The notes under the pieces were generated by a model that saw only the letters and a list, made by a program, of their open reading frames with translations, did no database searches and was not told where the DNA came from. From positions 3,069 through 67,068 of the forward strand of contig JASJGS010000243.1 in the NCBI GenBank assembly GCA_033791445.1: a DNA stretch of 64,000 nucleotides, written 5' to 3'. The position numbers were made by a program, and so were the translations under genes. This stretch comes from Bacteroidales bacterium (GTDB lineage Bacteria > Bacteroidota > Bacteroidia > Bacteroidales > VadinHA17). The number at the start of each line of letters is the position of its first letter. Within the stretch, counting starts at the first letter, position 1. This document shows positions 60,849-64,000 of the stretch, one piece after another.

Positions 60849-61082
60849 GTGATAACTATTACATTAAAGAGAAATGACTGTATTGGTTGCGGAAATTGCC
60901 TTGATATAGCGCCTGAATACTGGAAAATGGATGAGAAGGATGGGTTGGCCACTCTAGTTGGTTCTGAACAAAAAAAAGAATTCTATGTTTTACAATTGGA
61001 GGATTATGCTGAAGAAGAAAACTTGTATGCAGCAAAAGCTTGCCCAATGAATATTATTAAGGTTAAAAAACAAATATTTTGA
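60849..61082 (+). CDS. Ferredoxin (single cluster)
   Basis: CIGCGNC...AP and distal ACP. Confidence 0.88.
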   Translation: MITITLKRNDCIGCGNCLDIAPEYWKMDEKDGLATLVGSEQKKEFYVLQLEDYAEEENLYAAKACPMNIIKVKKQIF

Positions 61083-61258
61083 ATTATAACTTTAACATAA
61101 TACTCGCGTATATTAATACGTTAAATAATGTTAATTAGCAGATAAATAAAGAGTTTCTTAATAAAAAACCCTATTTTTCGGCACTTTTTTTGCAGCCTGA
61201 ATAACTCAAATAGTTTATAGTTATTTCAGCATATTAAATTTCAAGTATTAAATACCCG

Positions 61259-62971
61259 TTGATAATGAAAATAGAGATGAACAGAATAAGTAAAAAAGTA
61301 AAGCTCACTGGTGCAGGGATATTGATTATTGTTATCTCATTAGGTTTTGTTTCGTTTAACGAAAGTCGAGATTTTAAACTGGTTAAAAACATTGAAGTTT
61401 TCTCTAATTTATTTAGGGAGCTAAACTATTTCTATGTTGACAATCCGGATCCGGAAAAAATGATCCAGACGGGCATTGATGCCATGCTTAAAACACTTGA
61501 TCCATATACTGTTTTTATCCCTGAATCAGAACTGGAGAATTTTAATTTTGTTACAACAGGACAATATGGTGGGGTTGGCTCCTTGATCAGACCCAGTGGA
61601 GACTATATTACTATTTCAGAAGTATATAAAGGATTTCCTGCTGACCTGGCCGGACTAAAAGCTGGTGATCAGATTATTGAAATCGACAATAAATCTATTA
61701 AAGGGGCCAGTTCAACGGAAGTAAGTGAAATGATGAAAGGGGCTCCTGATTCTGATGTCCTTATAACTGTTCGACGCTTCAATGTTGACGAACCTATTAT
61801 AAAAACAATAACCCGTAAAGAAGTAAGTATTCCAAGTGTTCCCTATTATGGATTAATAGATGATAAAACTGGCTACATTCGTCTTTCAAATTTCACGCAG
61901 GGTGCCAGTGAAGAAGTAAAATCAGCCTTTCTTGAGTTAAAATCCAAATACAAAGCCGAAGCTATAATACTTGATTTACGAGGTAACCCTGGTGGTTTAT
62001 TGATTGAGGCTGTAAATATTACAAATTTATTTGTTGATAAAGGACAGGAAATTGTTAGTACACGAGGCAAAATAAAAGATTATGATCATAAATATTTAGC
62101 TCCAAATCAGCCTGTTGATCCTAAAATTTCTTTGGCAGTTTTGGTCGACCGAGGATCTGCATCAGCATCAGAAATTATTGCCGGTGCAGTGCAAGATCTT
62201 GATCGTGGAGTAATTTTAGGTGAAAGAACCTATGGAAAAGGCCTTGTTCAAACAACTCGGCCATTGGGATACAACAACCAGCTAAAAGTTACCACAGCAA
62301 AATACTATATTCCCAGCGGAAGATGTATCCAGGCCCTGGATTACGCAAACCGAAATGAGGATGGAAGTGTTGGCCATGTGCCCGACTCCCTTATTACTGA
62401 GTTTAAGACACAGCATGGCAGGGTTGTTCGAGATGGCGGGGGCATTGTTCCTGATATTGATGTTAGCCCTGGAGATGCCAGCCTTTTAACCGCAAATTTA
62501 TATGCAAAATATATTTTCTTCGATTATGCTACAAAGTATGCCTCCTTACATGAAAGCATTCCCTCTATTGAAGATTTTAAATTCACTGACGGTGATTTTG
62601 AAGACTTTAAAACCTTTGTGAAAGAGAAAAAATTCAGTTATGAAACCCGCACTGAAAGGGCCCTGCAAAACCTGATCAGAGAAACCAAAAGAGATAATAA
62701 ATATGAAGATTACGCTGCAGATTTTCAGCAATTGGAGGATAAGCTATCTCACAACCTGGATAAAGATATCGATCATAATAAGGAAGAAATAGAGCATTTC
62801 ATTAGCAGTGAAATCATTGGTAGGTATTATTATCAGGCTGGAAGTATAAAGAGTACTCTTAGCTGGGATGAAGACGTTAAGGCTGCAGTAGAGATTCTTT
62901 CTAATACTGATGAGTATCTAACGATTCTTAATATAGAACAACCTGCTGAAATTTTTGCCAACTCAAAATAG
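61259..62971 (+). CDS. S41 family C-terminal processing peptidase
   Basis: LDPYT, PDZ domain, DLRGNPGG, SASASEI, GKGLVQ, TAKYY.PSGR.IQ; true start may be 61265 or 61277. Confidence 0.93.
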   Translation: MIMKIEMNRISKKVKLTGAGILIIVISLGFVSFNESRDFKLVKNIEVFSNLFRELNYFYVDNPDPEKMIQTGIDAMLKTLDPYTVFIPESELENFNFVTTGQYGGVGSLIRPSGDYITISEVYKGFPADLAGLKAGDQIIEIDNKSIKGASSTEVSEMMKGAPDSDVLITVRRFNVDEPIIKTITRKEVSIPSVPYYGLIDDKTGYIRLSNFTQGASEEVKSAFLELKSKYKAEAIILDLRGNPGGLLIEAVNITNLFVDKGQEIVSTRGKIKDYDHKYLAPNQPVDPKISLAVLVDRGSASASEIIAGAVQDLDRGVILGERTYGKGLVQTTRPLGYNNQLKVTTAKYYIPSGRCIQALDYANRNEDGSVGHVPDSLITEFKTQHGRVVRDGGGIVPDIDVSPGDASLLTANLYAKYIFFDYATKYASLHESIPSIEDFKFTDGDFEDFKTFVKEKKFSYETRTERALQNLIRETKRDNKYEDYAADFQQLEDKLSHNLDKDIDHNKEEIEHFISSEIIGRYYYQAGSIKSTLSWDEDVKAAVEILSNTDEYLTILNIEQPAEIFANSK

Positions 62972-63000
62972 CTCATTCATTTTTGTTTGTATTGTTTTGT

Positions 63001-63130
63001 TTCAGGGGTCTGTCTTGTTGGTTTTGCTACCTTAAGTAAATATTCTTTACTGGAGGGTGCCCTAAGCGTTAAGGGAGCTAATCTGATTTTTGGATTTGGC
63101 TTCAGTTATACCCTACAAATCGGATTTCGT
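63001..63130 (-). ncRNA. Candidate structured RNA downstream of moaD (Moco-motif-like ends)
   Basis: GC-enriched non-coding island with nested stems AGGGT/ACCCT, AGC..AATC/GATT.GCT, CCCT/AGGG and AGTAAA/TTTACT. Confidence 0.4.
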
Positions 63131-63145
63131 TTCTAAAAATTATTC

Positions 63146-63379
63146 CTATCCTCCGGCAAATGGAGGTATAAGGGCAATTTCATCATTCGGCTTTAATGAG
63201 GTATTGCCTGTTATTTGCTCCTGATTCACAAATATCTGGTATTGATAAGTTGAAAATTTAGGGTATTCTTTCACCAATTTATCCTTAAGTTCAGAAGTTG
63301 TTTTTACATCTTTTACCTCTACTGCCTGCTTGCCAGATTCAGACATTAAAATTCCAAAAAATAAAACTTTAACTTTCAC
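63146..63379 (-). CDS. moaD: MoaD/ThiS family sulfur carrier
   Basis: VKVLFFG, VNQE, DEIALIPPFAGG with C-terminal Gly-Gly. Confidence 0.88.
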   Translation of the reverse strand: MKVKVLFFGILMSESGKQAVEVKDVKTTSELKDKLVKEYPKFSTYQYQIFVNQEQITGNTSLKPNDEIALIPPFAGG

Positions 63380-63436
63380 AATAATATGTTTTTGTTACAC
63401 CTAGATTGAAATATATATCAAATCGACTCGCAAATA

Positions 63437-64000
63437 TTAATGCGCTTCGAGCCAATTGTTTCCTACCCCATGATCTACATTCAACGGAACTCTTAAAGAT
63501 ATTACATTCTCCATTTCATTTATCACTATTTCTTTTATTTCTTCCAATTCAGGTTTAAAAACATCAAAAACCAATTCGTCATGTACCTGTAAAATCATTT
63601 TTGTTTTGAATTTACCCGCTTGCAATTTCTGGTTGATGTGTACCATTGCCAGCTTGATAATATCGGCAGCAGAGCCTTGTATGGGTGCATTAATGGCATT
63701 TCTTTCAGCCATACCTCTTACTACGGCATTATTTGAATAAATATCATTAAGAATTCTTTTTCTCCCCATCAAAGTTTCAACGTATCCCTTTTCACGGGCC
63801 AGAGCAATACTCCTATCCATGTATTTTTTAACCCCTGGATAGGTATTAATATACCCATCAATTAATTCTTTCGCATCGCTTCTTGAAATGCCAAGGCGCT
63901 GAGACAAACCAAAAGAAGAAATTCCATAAATGATTCCAAAATTCGCAGTTTTAGCTCGTCCCCTCATTTCACGGGTGACATCCTCTACAGGAATATTATA
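63437..64000 (-). CDS. polA: DNA polymerase I, 3' part (continues beyond the window)
   Basis: AKTANFGIIYG, GYVET..GR.R, AINAPIQGSAADIIK, LQVHDELVF; frame open to the window edge. Confidence 0.96.
   Translation of the reverse strand, partial: YNIPVEDVTREMRGRAKTANFGIIYGISSFGLSQRLGISRSDAKELIDGYINTYPGVKKYMDRSIALAREKGYVETLMGRKRILNDIYSNNAVVRGMAERNAINAPIQGSAADIIKLAMVHINQKLQAGKFKTKMILQVHDELVFDVFKPELEEIKEIVINEMENVISLRVPLNVDHGVGNNWLEAH

Noticed and set aside
233-62731. The many 60-150 aa ORFs antisense to or nested in long genes (e.g. 14382-14744, 36009-36401, 53715-54155, 57482-57877)
   Set aside because: They overlap well-supported genes and show no recognisable motifs; treated as shadow ORFs
63437-63967. 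Truncated polA or a 176-aa stand-alone gene
   Set aside because: The frame stays open to position 64000; the truncation is a window-edge artefact

Overview
AT-rich, gene-dense 64 kb chromosomal segment of a Bacteroidota bacterium, most likely a free-living anaerobic Bacteroidales/Marinilabiliales-like organism. The evidence is repeated TAnnTTTG -7 promoter boxes, A-rich ribosome-binding regions, the DUF4271-hemD-rnpA-yidD gene order and SPII lipoproteins. I can support about 56 CDSs. They include a carbohydrate/redox block (DUF1080, aldo-keto reductase, GH78, FAD oxidoreductase, GH2), a kinase-aminotransferase fusion, a cation-chloride cotransporter, an ECF sigma/anti-sigma/OMP module with two matching promoters, tRNA/translation genes (U32 peptidase, mnmH, rsgA, dtd, rnpA), two TetR-led envelope transport operons, a DUF2868 plus GTPase pair, an orphan ParB and the 3' end of polA. 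I recognised no rRNA, tRNA, CRISPR array, integrase or transposase. Best candidates for undescribed biology: (1) a four-helix-bundle (IVS/Avd-like) gene bracketed by degenerate 8-bp tandem arrays, with an inverted copy over its 5' end; (2) a GH2 that appears to have lost the catalytic nucleophile and carries a GH20-like Asp-Glu pair; (3) a compact structured RNA candidate just downstream of moaD; (4) an orphan ParB with a private 14-bp palindrome; (5) a hybrid histidine kinase lacking the phospho-accepting His. All family calls come from motif recognition by eye; no database search was run.
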